Part shown: positions 36,654 to 45,614 of the stretch, piece by piece
Layout of the letters: the number at the start of each line of letters is the position of its first letter
Position numbering within the stretch: the stretch's first letter is position 1
NCBI RefSeq assembly: GCF_049969415.1
Contig: NZ_JBMFOX010000007.1
Span: 1-50,530, forward strand
Direction: 5' to 3'
DNA from: Candidatus Hadarchaeum sp.
GTDB taxonomy: Archaea > Hadarchaeota > Hadarchaeia > Hadarchaeales > Hadarchaeaceae
Length of the DNA: 50,530 nucleotides
Position numbers and translations under genes: made by a program
The notes under the pieces: generated by a model
Told to the model about the DNA's origin: nothing
Databases searched by the model: none
Seen by the model: the letters and a program-made list of their open reading frames with translations, nothing else

Positions 36654-37471
36654 ATGAAAACTTCACTTGCAGGCGTCTTGGCAATTTGTGCGGTTGTAGT
36701 TGTAGCCGGCGTATATTTTGTTTTTAACCCGGCTCCATCGTCAACTGCGCCGACCACCACAACAGCACCAACTTCGACCACAACACCAACAAATGGTATG
36801 ATGCCTTCTTCAACGAATTAAAGACGTTCTACCTTTACGGGGCAAATATAGCCCAGAAAGAGGGCGTGGAGATGCTCATCTTGGCCAACTTTAGCTGGCA
36901 CGACGATGATAACCCGACATCGGCCGCCTACATCAACCAGAAGTGGAAGGACTTAATCTCCGAAATCCGGCAGGTCTACCCCGGGACCATCACCGTAGAT
37001 TACTATGTGGATCGGCCCCAATAAGATTGGTACGGTGAGCTGGATTACTTGGGTGACAAGTGGTGGAAAGTGGCCGAGACCTCCACGGACACTTACAGCA
37101 CAATGAAGACTAGGCGATGCAGGTCCTTCAGGATACCTACCCGCCCATTTATAAGATTTGACAAACCGATTATCTTTTCCGAGGTGGCCTTTTGCTCGGC
37201 TGATGGGTCCACAATGCAAAAGTATGGGGTTTATTCCCGGGAGATAGATGATTTCCTGCCTGAAGATACATCGGTGGCCAGCGACTGGCAGGAACAGGCC
37301 GATGCCTACGAGGCAGTTCTTCAGGCAATCGCTGGAACTTCTTGGGTGCAGGGAACCTATTCCTTCGGCTACTCTTTCATGGATCACGACTGCAAGGGCT
37401 CTGGCATTCGAGCAAAGACCGCCGAGGAAGTTCTGAAACTGCTCTACACCCGCTTCAATGCGTTTAGCTAA
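36654..37471 (+). pseudogene. Secreted GH113-like glycoside hydrolase pseudogene
   Basis: Signal/TM and Thr-rich linker jump out of frame into ...KWKDLISEIRQVYPG. In-frame TAA at 37022. Then DKPIIFSEVAF, EQADAYEA..WVQG. Confidence 0.6.
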
Positions 37472-37490
37472 TTTTTCCCCCAAGTTTTCT

Positions 37491-38552
37491 CTATTTAATC
37501 ACTTCTGCGAGGGCTTGGAGCATCTCCTCGATGTCCCCGGGAAGGATATATCCCATGTTGCCAATCCTGAAGGTGCTGTCCTTTAGTGATCCGTAACCCT
37601 TGGCTAGCTCGAACCCCTTCTGCCTCATCCGCTTGTAGACCTCGAGGCCGCTCATCGACTTCGGTGCTCGGACGCAGGAAACAGTGGGACTTTCACAGCC
37701 CGGTTTTGGGAAAAGCGAAAGGCCTAGGGCCTCGATCCCCTCCCTGATCCTGCCGCTGCGCCTTTGGTAGAGCTCCAGCCGCTTGGCCTTGCCGCCCTCT
37801 TTTTCGATGATCTCCAGTTCCTTGTTGAGAGCCGCTATCTGGGGCACCGGTGGGGTCATGTGGGTTCCCCATTCCTCCTGGTATTTTTCATATAGCTTGA
37901 AGTCGAAGTACCACCCCTTGTTTTTGGCCCTTTCCGATCTCCGCAGCGCCTCCTCGCTGACGCTGGCCACGGCGAGGCCGGGAGGGACACCGAAGCACTT
38001 CTGGGAGCTGGTAAAGCAGACGTCAATCCCCCACTCGTCAACCTTGATATCGGCTCCGCCCATGGCGCTCACCGCGTCAACGAAGAGCAGCTTGTCGTGC
38101 TCCTTCACCACCTTGGCCAGCTCCGGAAGCGGGTTTATCACCCCGGTGCTGGTCTCGTTGTAGGTGATTGCCACCGCCTCGACGTCAGGGTATTGGGATA
38201 GTTTTTCCTCCAGCTGCTCCGGAGTAACCGCGCTGCCCAGCTCAGTCTCCAGCCGCTCGACCTCCTTCCCGTTTGATTCTCCGACCTCCGCGTAGCGCTT
38301 GCCGAACTCACCGTTGATGCAGCAGAGCATTTTTCTCTCCACGCAGTTCCTCACCGTCCCTTCCATCACACCGGATCCGGAACTCGGAAAGAGAAAGACC
38401 TGGTTTTTTGTCTCCAAAAACTTTTGCAGCCTCTCCACAGTCTGTCGGTGCAGCTGTTTGTACTCCTCGCTCCGGTGGCTGAACATCTGCCGCCCCATTT
38501 CTGCGAGGACCTCAGGCCTGCACGCGACCGGACCCACGGTGAATAGCTTCAT
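37491..38552 (-). CDS. Class V PLP aminotransferase (serine-pyruvate/alanine-glyoxylate type)
   Basis: LFTVGPV, SHRS, NETSTGV, VDAVS, SSQKCFGVPPG, FRIGNMG. Confidence 0.92.
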   Translation of the reverse strand: MKLFTVGPVACRPEVLAEMGRQMFSHRSEEYKQLHRQTVERLQKFLETKNQVFLFPSSGSGVMEGTVRNCVERKMLCCINGEFGKRYAEVGESNGKEVERLETELGSAVTPEQLEEKLSQYPDVEAVAITYNETSTGVINPLPELAKVVKEHDKLLFVDAVSAMGGADIKVDEWGIDVCFTSSQKCFGVPPGLAVASVSEEALRRSERAKNKGWYFDFKLYEKYQEEWGTHMTPPVPQIAALNKELEIIEKEGGKAKRLELYQRRSGRIREGIEALGLSLFPKPGCESPTVSCVRAPKSMSGLEVYKRMRQKGFELAKGYGSLKDSTFRIGNMGYILPGDIEEMLQALAEVIK

Positions 38553-38646
38553 TGCGACACCTCGCATAATGAAATCATCATGTTTATATATAAGTTTCAA
38601 CCCCTCGGCAACGGTTCGTTTGGTTTGATTAATTGCGGTGTTGAGT

Positions 38647-39879
38647 TCACGTGGTGTACTTTGAGTTAATCCTCACGTAGTCGTAGGTTAGGTCGCAACC
38701 CCAGGAGGTGGCGCAGGCCTTGCCCTGAGCTAGGTCCACATGGATCTCTATCTCCCGGCTGCGGAGGAGGTCGCGCGCCCTTTCCAGCGCGCGCTTGGAA
38801 GCGGGTTTTCCCTTAACCACGAGGTCCACCCGCCCCCTTTCGCTGACCAGCTCGATGCTGATCTTTGAAGGGTCAAATGTCGCCCCGGAGTAGCCCAGAG
38901 CACAGGCGATGCGTCCCCAGTTCGGATCCTTGCCGAAAACTGCGGCCTTAACCAAGTTTGAACCGGCCACGGCTCGTGCGGCCATCCTCGCCTCCTCCGA
39001 GTTTTTCGCATTTTTGATCAATACCTCGATTAGATGCGTGGCGCCCTCCCCATCTTTGGCGATCATCCAAGCCAGCTCGGTGAGCACGAACTTGAGCCCC
39101 TCGCAGAACTCTTCATCCTTCTTCTCCAGGGTGATTCGGCGGTTTTTCGCCCGACCGTTCGCCATGACCAGAACCATGTCGCTGGTGCTCATGTCGCCGT
39201 CGATGTTGACCATGTTAAAGCTCTCGTCGACCGCCGGCTGAAGCGCCGCCCTCAACGCGTCAGGTGTTATCGAGACGTCGGTGACGACGAAGGCAAGCAT
39301 CGTGGCCGTTTTCATCCTTGGAGAGATCATCCCGGCCCCTTTAGCGATACCACCGATCTTAACCGGGGTGCCGTCTTCAAGCTCAATCTGAACCGCGATC
39401 TCTTTGGGTGTGGTGTCCGTCGTCATGATGGCCTTGGCCGCGTTGAGGCTGGCTTCCCTGGAGTTGGAAAGCTCCTTCACTGCCGCGCGGATCCCGGCCT
39501 CAACCTTGCGCATGGGCAGAAAGGCGCCGATTAATCCGGTCGAGGCAACGCCCACCTGGTAGGGGCGCAGCTTGAGCAGGCGCGCCGTCAGCTGGGCCAT
39601 GCGGCGGGCGTCGCGAAGGCCGCGAGCCCCGGTAAAGACATTGGAGATACCTGAGTTGGCCACGATGGCTCCAAGCTTCCCCCTTCGAATGTTTTTCGAG
39701 GTCACAATTACCGGAGCTCCCTTGACCAGATTAGTGGTAAACGCTCCGGCCGCGGTAACCGGACCATCCTCACTGACTATCAGCATGATGTCCAGTCCAC
39801 GTCGCTTGATGCCTGCTCGAACCCCCGCGGCCAGAAATCCAAGAACCTCGGTGATGCCCCCTTCGAGAACCGTGGTCAT
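38647..39879 (-). CDS. argJ: Ornithine acetyltransferase ArgJ
   Basis: IMTTDT, KGAGMISP..ATML, DGDMSTSD, KDGEGAT, DPNWGR, GCDLTYDYVRIN. Confidence 0.95.
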   Translation of the reverse strand: MTTVLEGGITEVLGFLAAGVRAGIKRRGLDIMLIVSEDGPVTAAGAFTTNLVKGAPVIVTSKNIRRGKLGAIVANSGISNVFTGARGLRDARRMAQLTARLLKLRPYQVGVASTGLIGAFLPMRKVEAGIRAAVKELSNSREASLNAAKAIMTTDTTPKEIAVQIELEDGTPVKIGGIAKGAGMISPRMKTATMLAFVVTDVSITPDALRAALQPAVDESFNMVNIDGDMSTSDMVLVMANGRAKNRRITLEKKDEEFCEGLKFVLTELAWMIAKDGEGATHLIEVLIKNAKNSEEARMAARAVAGSNLVKAAVFGKDPNWGRIACALGYSGATFDPSKISIELVSERGRVDLVVKGKPASKRALERARDLLRSREIEIHVDLAQGKACATSWGCDLTYDYVRINSKYTT

Positions 39880-39911
39880 GCCGCCACCAATGAAAAGGGA
39901 AACATTCCCCC

Positions 39912-41327
39912 TTAATTCTTTATGGCTTGGTCACTATTTTTCAGCTTCCCATATTTCACCAGAGCCGAAAGGGAAAGCGCCGCTCGGGCAGGAGTGGGGT
40001 AGGTCGGTATCCCGTTTTCCTCAAAAAGCTCCCTCACTTCCAAAGACACCCGACCTCCGGGAAGACAGACGACAACGGGTTTTTCGTTCTTACCCTTAGT
40101 GTCCACGACCATGTCTACAAAGGATTCGAGGTCGATGGAGGGTGTGTGCGGTATACAGACCAAGAGCAGAGAGTCCACCGCTTCGTCATCGATTACGGCG
40201 CTTATGGCTTCCCGGAATCTCTCGTTGTCCGCGTCGCCGCCGAGGTCCATCGGGTTGCGCAGGGTTACATGCGGGGGGAACTTTTCCTTCAGACGAGCAA
40301 CGGTTTTTTCGCCCAACTCGACAAGTTTTATCCCTTGTTTTTCCATCTCGTCTGCGATCATGACCCCGGCACCGCCACCGTTGGTTATCACAGCCACTCG
40401 GTTCCCTCGGGCCGCAGGCTGATAGGCGAGGGCCCGGGCGATATCGAACATTTCCTCCCAATCGGAGACCCTTATCATCCCCGTCTGCTTCACCACGGCA
40501 TTGAATATTTCGTCAGTTCCTGATAGCGATCCCGTGTGCGAGAGCGCTGCTTTAGCCCCGGCTTCCGTGGCACCTGTTTTCAGGACGATTACCGGTTTTT
40601 CCTTGGTCACCTCGCGGGCTATCCGAGCGAACTTCCTGCCCTCCTTTATGCCCTCAAGGTACATGGCGATGACTTTGGTCTCTTTATCAGTAGCCAGAAA
40701 ATCCAGAAGGTCAGCCTCGTCGACATCCGTCGCGTTGCCATAGCTGGCGAACTTGCTAATGCCGATTCTTTCCCCGGCCGCCCAGTCAAGGAAGGCTATT
40801 CCCGAGGCCCCGCTCTGGGAGATAAAGGCGATTTTCCCCCGCGGCGCCCGTTTCAGCCGGTAGCGCGGTATGAAGAGGGTGTCGACCATCGTGGTGGAAT
40901 CGAAGACGCCCATGCAGTTGGGGCCCATCATTCTAAGGCGATACTTCCTAGCAAGGTTCAGCAGCTCTTCCTCCATTTTGGCGCCATCTTCACTACTCTC
41001 CCTAAAACCGCTGGATATTATCACGACGGCTCTAACTCCCTTTTCCCCGCACTCCTTTAACACCTCCGCAACCGATTTGGCCGGGACGGCGATCACGGCC
41101 AGATCTACGTCGTCGGGAACCGAGCTGATGCTGGGGTAGCATTTGTGGGAAAGGATTTCTTGGACGGTGGGATTTACGAGAAAGAGCTTTCCCTGAAAAC
41201 TTTCGATGAAGTTCTTTGCAATCACGTAGCCAATCTTCTTCTGTTTGGAACTGGCCCCGATTACCGCGACTGATTTGGGGTTGAAAAATGGTGCAATTGA
41301 TTGAGGACCTTCCGCAGCTGCCACCAT
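39912..41327 (-). CDS. acdA: ADP-forming acyl-CoA synthetase alpha subunit
   Basis: PKSVAVIGAS, GPNCMG, SQSGA, SHTGSL phospho-His, TNGGGAG, NPMDL. Start may be 41336. Confidence 0.92.
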   Translation of the reverse strand: MVAAAEGPQSIAPFFNPKSVAVIGASSKQKKIGYVIAKNFIESFQGKLFLVNPTVQEILSHKCYPSISSVPDDVDLAVIAVPAKSVAEVLKECGEKGVRAVVIISSGFRESSEDGAKMEEELLNLARKYRLRMMGPNCMGVFDSTTMVDTLFIPRYRLKRAPRGKIAFISQSGASGIAFLDWAAGERIGISKFASYGNATDVDEADLLDFLATDKETKVIAMYLEGIKEGRKFARIAREVTKEKPVIVLKTGATEAGAKAALSHTGSLSGTDEIFNAVVKQTGMIRVSDWEEMFDIARALAYQPAARGNRVAVITNGGGAGVMIADEMEKQGIKLVELGEKTVARLKEKFPPHVTLRNPMDLGGDADNERFREAISAVIDDEAVDSLLLVCIPHTPSIDLESFVDMVVDTKGKNEKPVVVCLPGGRVSLEVRELFEENGIPTYPTPARAALSLSALVKYGKLKNSDQAIKN

Positions 41328-41387
41328 CGCCTTCACCCACGTTTCATCGTAAAAAGACGCACCACTGAGGTTTTAAGGATATCTTTT

Positions 41388-42416
41388 TCAGGGCCGCAGG
41401 GCGGGGCCGCGCAGACCCTCGGTCTCGTCAAAGCCGAGCATGAGGTTCATGTTCTGGACCGCCTGTCCCGAGGCCCCTTTTACCAGGTTGTCGATCACCG
41501 CAACGACAACGACGCGCCCGCCTTCAGCTTCAGGCTCCAGCCCTATGTCACAGTAGTTGGATCCCACCACATAGTTGATTTGGGGGAGTTCCTTCCTCAC
41601 GCGCACGAAGGGCTCCCCTCCGTAGAACTCGCGGTAAATTTTCAGCAGCTCAGTCTTTTCCATTGATTTTTTAAGAAAGACGTGGGCGGTGGAAAGGATG
41701 CCCCTGATAAGTGGTAGCAGGTGTGGGGTGAAATGAACCCTGACCTCACGGCCGGCCAGCTTGCTTAGCTCCTGATTTATCTCTGGGGTGTGGCGGTGGG
41801 TGGTCGCCGCGTATGCCGCTACATTGGCCCCGGCTACCGGGTGGTGGGTTGATTCGGTGAGGGTGGCACCGGCCCCGGAGGTTCCGGTTTTGGCGTCCAA
41901 AATGATGTGGTCCAAGTCAATCAGCCCTTCCTTTACCAGCGGCGCTAGGCTGAGGATGACCGCGGTCGGAAAACATCCCGGATTGGCCACCAGATTAGAA
42001 ATTTTGATCTTCTCCCGGTAGAGTTCTGGGAGCCCGTAGACCCCTTTCAGATGCGGACTCTCGTGTTTGGTGTAATATCTTTCGAACGTTTTAACTTCAT
42101 CAAACCGATAGTCGGCGCTCAAGTCGATGACCTTGCTGTTTCCTTTCAGCAGCTCCGGGACTAGCTTCATGGCTACACCGTGCGGCGTGGCGGTGAAGAC
42201 TAAATCGGCTGTCTTGCAGATTTTTTCGCAATCAATTTCCTCGATTTTCAGGTCGACGATGCCGTGCAGGTGCGGGTGTATCTCGCTGACATCCCTTCCG
42301 GTATTTTTCATGCCGTAGGCCCCAACAATTTTTATTTTGGGGTGGTTTGCCAGCAACCTGAAGAGTTCCGCGCCAGTATACCCCGATGCCCCCACGATAG
42401 CCACGCCCGCGGTCAT
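41388..42416 (-). CDS. argC: N-acetyl-gamma-glutamyl-phosphate reductase
   Basis: GASGYTG, DLSADYR, ANPGCFPT, HRHTPEI, DNLVKGASGQAVQNMN. Confidence 0.95.
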   Translation of the reverse strand: MTAGVAIVGASGYTGAELFRLLANHPKIKIVGAYGMKNTGRDVSEIHPHLHGIVDLKIEEIDCEKICKTADLVFTATPHGVAMKLVPELLKGNSKVIDLSADYRFDEVKTFERYYTKHESPHLKGVYGLPELYREKIKISNLVANPGCFPTAVILSLAPLVKEGLIDLDHIILDAKTGTSGAGATLTESTHHPVAGANVAAYAATTHRHTPEINQELSKLAGREVRVHFTPHLLPLIRGILSTAHVFLKKSMEKTELLKIYREFYGGEPFVRVRKELPQINYVVGSNYCDIGLEPEAEGGRVVVVAVIDNLVKGASGQAVQNMNLMLGFDETEGLRGPALRP

Positions 42417-43906
42417 CTTAACCGCCCCTCCGCCTCATTTAGCAGCCTCTCCTCCGCCTTTGTCACCGCGCGCCTCCAAGTCCACAGTTTTTTATGGTGG
42501 GTTTGAATTCTTTGCTTTAAAGCAGTTAGTTGCCGTCTTATCGCCTTTGGACCCGGCCCACCGACCACATTCCTTGAGGCCAAACAATTTTCGACGTCTA
42601 GGGCTTTCCTCAGTTTTTCCGGATTCAGGGTTATTTCCCTGCCGATGACTTCATGTGAGGCCCTTTTCAGGTCTTCCACGGTGAGTTCTCCGGCAGTTCG
42701 GTTGCTTGCGATTGCCATGGAAATCATCCGCCCCACCACCGAGTGGGCCTCCCGGAAGGAGATTCCGGCCTCCCGCACCAGATTGGCCGCAAGCTCGGTG
42801 GCCACAGAGAAACCACGTTTGGCACGCGCCAGCATCTCCTCTCGTTTCGGCTTTATGGATGCGACAAGCTTTGCCATCACCTCTAGACTGCTGACGGTTT
42901 CGTCAATTGAGTTCCAGAGCAAAGGCGTTAGCTCTTGAAGGTCAAGGTTGTAGGCTTGGGGCAGGGCCTTCACCAAGGTCAGGGCGCCAGCTAGGTTGCC
43001 GATCACCTTGGCGGCCTTGGCCCGGGCCAGCTCCGCGACCACGGGATTTTTCTTTTGTGGCATGATGCTGCTCGTCGCCGAAAACTCATCGGGAATGTCT
43101 ATCAGGGAGAATTCCGCTGAGGACCAGAGTATTATCTCCTCCGCCAGCCTGCTGAGGTTGTCTATGGCGATGGCGGCAGCGCTCATCGCCTGAAGGGCAA
43201 AATCGCGTGAGCCGACCGCGTCCATAGTGTTCTCCCCCACTTTTTTGAATCCCAGCAGCCGAGCAACCATCTCCCGGTCAATGGGAAAACTGGTGCCGGC
43301 AAAGGCGCAGGCGCCCATGGGGCAGGTGTCGGTCAGTTCGTAAGCGTGCTCAACTCTCTCGATATCCCTGAGAAATGCCGTGACGTAAGCCGAAAGGTGG
43401 TGACTGAGAGTGGTTGGCTCCGCAATCTGAAGGTGAGTGTATCCCGGCATGATGGTGTCGATGTTTTTCTCCGCCTGTGCCAGTAGGGTGCTTGCCAGCC
43501 CCAGCAGTCTCTCTTCCAAGTCAAGCAGCTTTTTGCGGAGGGCGAGCCGGATTGCCGTCGCCACCTGATCATTTCTGCTCTTCGCCGTGTGCAGCTTGCC
43601 CCCGATCTCTTCCCCAGTTTTCTTTGTCACAAACTCCTCCACTGCTATGTGGATGTCTTCCAGCTCCGGCCTCAGGTCAAGTTTGGAAATTCCGCCGCGG
43701 TGCAGTTCGTGCAGAGCCCTTAGGATCGCTGCGGCTTCTTTTCCTGAAATGATCCCCTGCTCAGCCAACATGATGGTGTGGGCGATGTTAATCTGGACAA
43801 CAGGGTGGAAAATTACCGAATCGTCCTTCATCGATGAAATATATTCGCTCGCGGCAGGTTCCATAGGCCGCGCAAAGCGCCCCCGGCGTAACAATCCAAC
43901 ACCCAT
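42413..43906 (-). CDS. argH: Argininosuccinate lyase
   Basis: EDIH, SRNDQVAT, PGYTHLQ, SSIMPQKKNP, YNLDLQE. Confidence 0.95.
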   Translation of the reverse strand: MGVGLLRRGRFARPMEPAASEYISSMKDDSVIFHPVVQINIAHTIMLAEQGIISGKEAAAILRALHELHRGGISKLDLRPELEDIHIAVEEFVTKKTGEEIGGKLHTAKSRNDQVATAIRLALRKKLLDLEERLLGLASTLLAQAEKNIDTIMPGYTHLQIAEPTTLSHHLSAYVTAFLRDIERVEHAYELTDTCPMGACAFAGTSFPIDREMVARLLGFKKVGENTMDAVGSRDFALQAMSAAAIAIDNLSRLAEEIILWSSAEFSLIDIPDEFSATSSIMPQKKNPVVAELARAKAAKVIGNLAGALTLVKALPQAYNLDLQELTPLLWNSIDETVSSLEVMAKLVASIKPKREEMLARAKRGFSVATELAANLVREAGISFREAHSVVGRMISMAIASNRTAGELTVEDLKRASHEVIGREITLNPEKLRKALDVENCLASRNVVGGPGPKAIRRQLTALKQRIQTHHKKLWTWRRAVTKAEERLLNEAEGRLR

Positions 43907-43954
43907 TCTTAATTATTTCGCCAGTTATAAGTGGGTTTACACGGGCTCAATTTT

Positions 43955-45142
43955 CTAGCCCTCAGGCTTCTTTCGGGACCACGCGATTCTCTGTTGCAGG
44001 CCGTAAATCTTGATGAAGGACTCAGCGTCCGAGCCCTTCCAGCCAGCCGCTTGGGCGTAGCGCGCTATTCTTTCATTGATCAGGGAGAATGGTGAGGTGA
44101 CGCTTTCCTGCATGGCGGACATCCCCTGCAGCCTCATGGTGACTTCCCCGGTGACGACCTCTTGGGTGGAGTCAAGGAACTTTTCAATATCCCTCATCAC
44201 TGGTTCATAGAACAGCCCCCTAAAGGAAAGTTCGGCGTAGATGTTGCCCACTTGGTTCTTGAGGTTGAGCTGTTGGTGGGTTAAGACCAGATTTTCGAGC
44301 GCACGGTGGGCTTCAATCAGAAGGAGCAGCCCTGGTGCCTCGAAAGCCTGGTAACCCTTTATCCCGAAGGTCTCGTCCTCGATGTACAACCCACGCCCAT
44401 AACCGTGAGCCCCGGCGATCTGATTTAGCCTGTGGAGCAGGTCCACCCCGTACATCCTTTTGCCGTTGACTGCGGTCGGCACGCCTTTTTCAAAGGAAAT
44501 CCGCACCGATTCCGGTTCGGTTTTAGTGACCTTGGTTAGGACCCAGGCCTCCTCGCTTGGTGCTTGGTTCTCATCTATTTCAGACCCGGAGATGGTTCTT
44601 CCAAAGATGTTCTCATTTATCGTGTATTTTTTAGTCTCGCTCTTGACCTTGAAGCCTCTCTTCTCCAGATATTCTATCTCCTGCTCCCTACGCATGCCCA
44701 GTTCCCGCGTGGGTGCGAGAATCTGAAGTTCAGGGGCTAGGCTGTTGACGGTTACGTCGATCCTGACTTGGTCATTACCCGCGCCCGTGCAGCCGTGGGC
44801 AACCGCTTTGGCGTTTTCCTTTTTCGCGATTTCAACGATGTGCTTTCCGATGATGTAGCGGTCGGAGCACATGAGGGGATAGACGCCCTGATAAAGCGCG
44901 TTGGCTTTTATGATGTAGGAAATTATCTCATCAAAGATTTCCTTTCTGGCGTCGACAAAGTAGTGTTTGATCGCCCCCAGCTCCTTCGAGCGGTTCTCGA
45001 TGTATTCCAGCTCCTCGTTGCTCATCCCGCCGGTATCGATGGTGGCGGTGATAACGTCGAAGTTCTTCTCTTCCCTGAGGTAAACTGTGCAGAAGCTGGT
45101 GTCCAACCCGCCCGAGAACGCGAGCACGACTTTTTCAGCCAT
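43955..45142 (-). CDS. argG: Argininosuccinate synthase
   Basis: LAFSGGLDTS, AHGCTGAGNDQVR, FEAPG. Confidence 0.94.
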   Translation of the reverse strand: MAEKVVLAFSGGLDTSFCTVYLREEKNFDVITATIDTGGMSNEELEYIENRSKELGAIKHYFVDARKEIFDEIISYIIKANALYQGVYPLMCSDRYIIGKHIVEIAKKENAKAVAHGCTGAGNDQVRIDVTVNSLAPELQILAPTRELGMRREQEIEYLEKRGFKVKSETKKYTINENIFGRTISGSEIDENQAPSEEAWVLTKVTKTEPESVRISFEKGVPTAVNGKRMYGVDLLHRLNQIAGAHGYGRGLYIEDETFGIKGYQAFEAPGLLLLIEAHRALENLVLTHQQLNLKNQVGNIYAELSFRGLFYEPVMRDIEKFLDSTQEVVTGEVTMRLQGMSAMQESVTSPFSLINERIARYAQAAGWKGSDAESFIKIYGLQQRIAWSRKKPEG

Positions 45143-45303
45143 AGCAATCAACCACCTTTACCACTTTCCCAGATTTAAATTGTTATGCTCTTGCCCCGCT
45201 ACCAAAAAGCCTTTTAGAGACCTTCAGCAGTGTTATAATTGTTAAAACTAAATCGGTTCCGAGCAAATGCCGACAAAACACCAAATCATAAAATCGTGAT
45301 TGG

Positions 45304-45591
45304 ATGGAAGTTGTTGTCAGATTGAGTGATGAGCTACGCAAGCAAGCAGGCACCGACATGATAAAGATACCGATTGATGAAGACGAGACCGTAGACACTT
45401 TGTTGATGAAGCTCAGTCGCAGACACCCTAAACTAGTTGAGCTGGTGCTGGACCCGACCACAGGGGAGGCCAAGGGGAGCTACGAGATTCTTATCAACGG
45501 CAGACGCATCCGTCACCTTCGCGGCATTTACACCAAGCTGAAGCACAAGGATGAGGTCTTGATAGCCAAGAGCGAGCCGGATTCATCGTGA
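45304..45591 (+). CDS. MoaD/SAMP-like beta-grasp protein lacking C-terminal GG
   Basis: TVDTLLMKLSRRHP, ILINGR.I..L.GI.TKL...DEV. Ends KSEPDSS. Confidence 0.75.
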   Translation: MEVVVRLSDELRKQAGTDMIKIPIDEDETVDTLLMKLSRRHPKLVELVLDPTTGEAKGSYEILINGRRIRHLRGIYTKLKHKDEVLIAKSEPDSS

Positions 45592-45614
45592 TCCATGTCC
45601 GGTTTCGGGGCCAA

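Noticed and set aside
37022-37024. Recoded stop (Sec/Pyl) in the GH gene
   Set aside because: The codon is TAA and the gene has other lesions.
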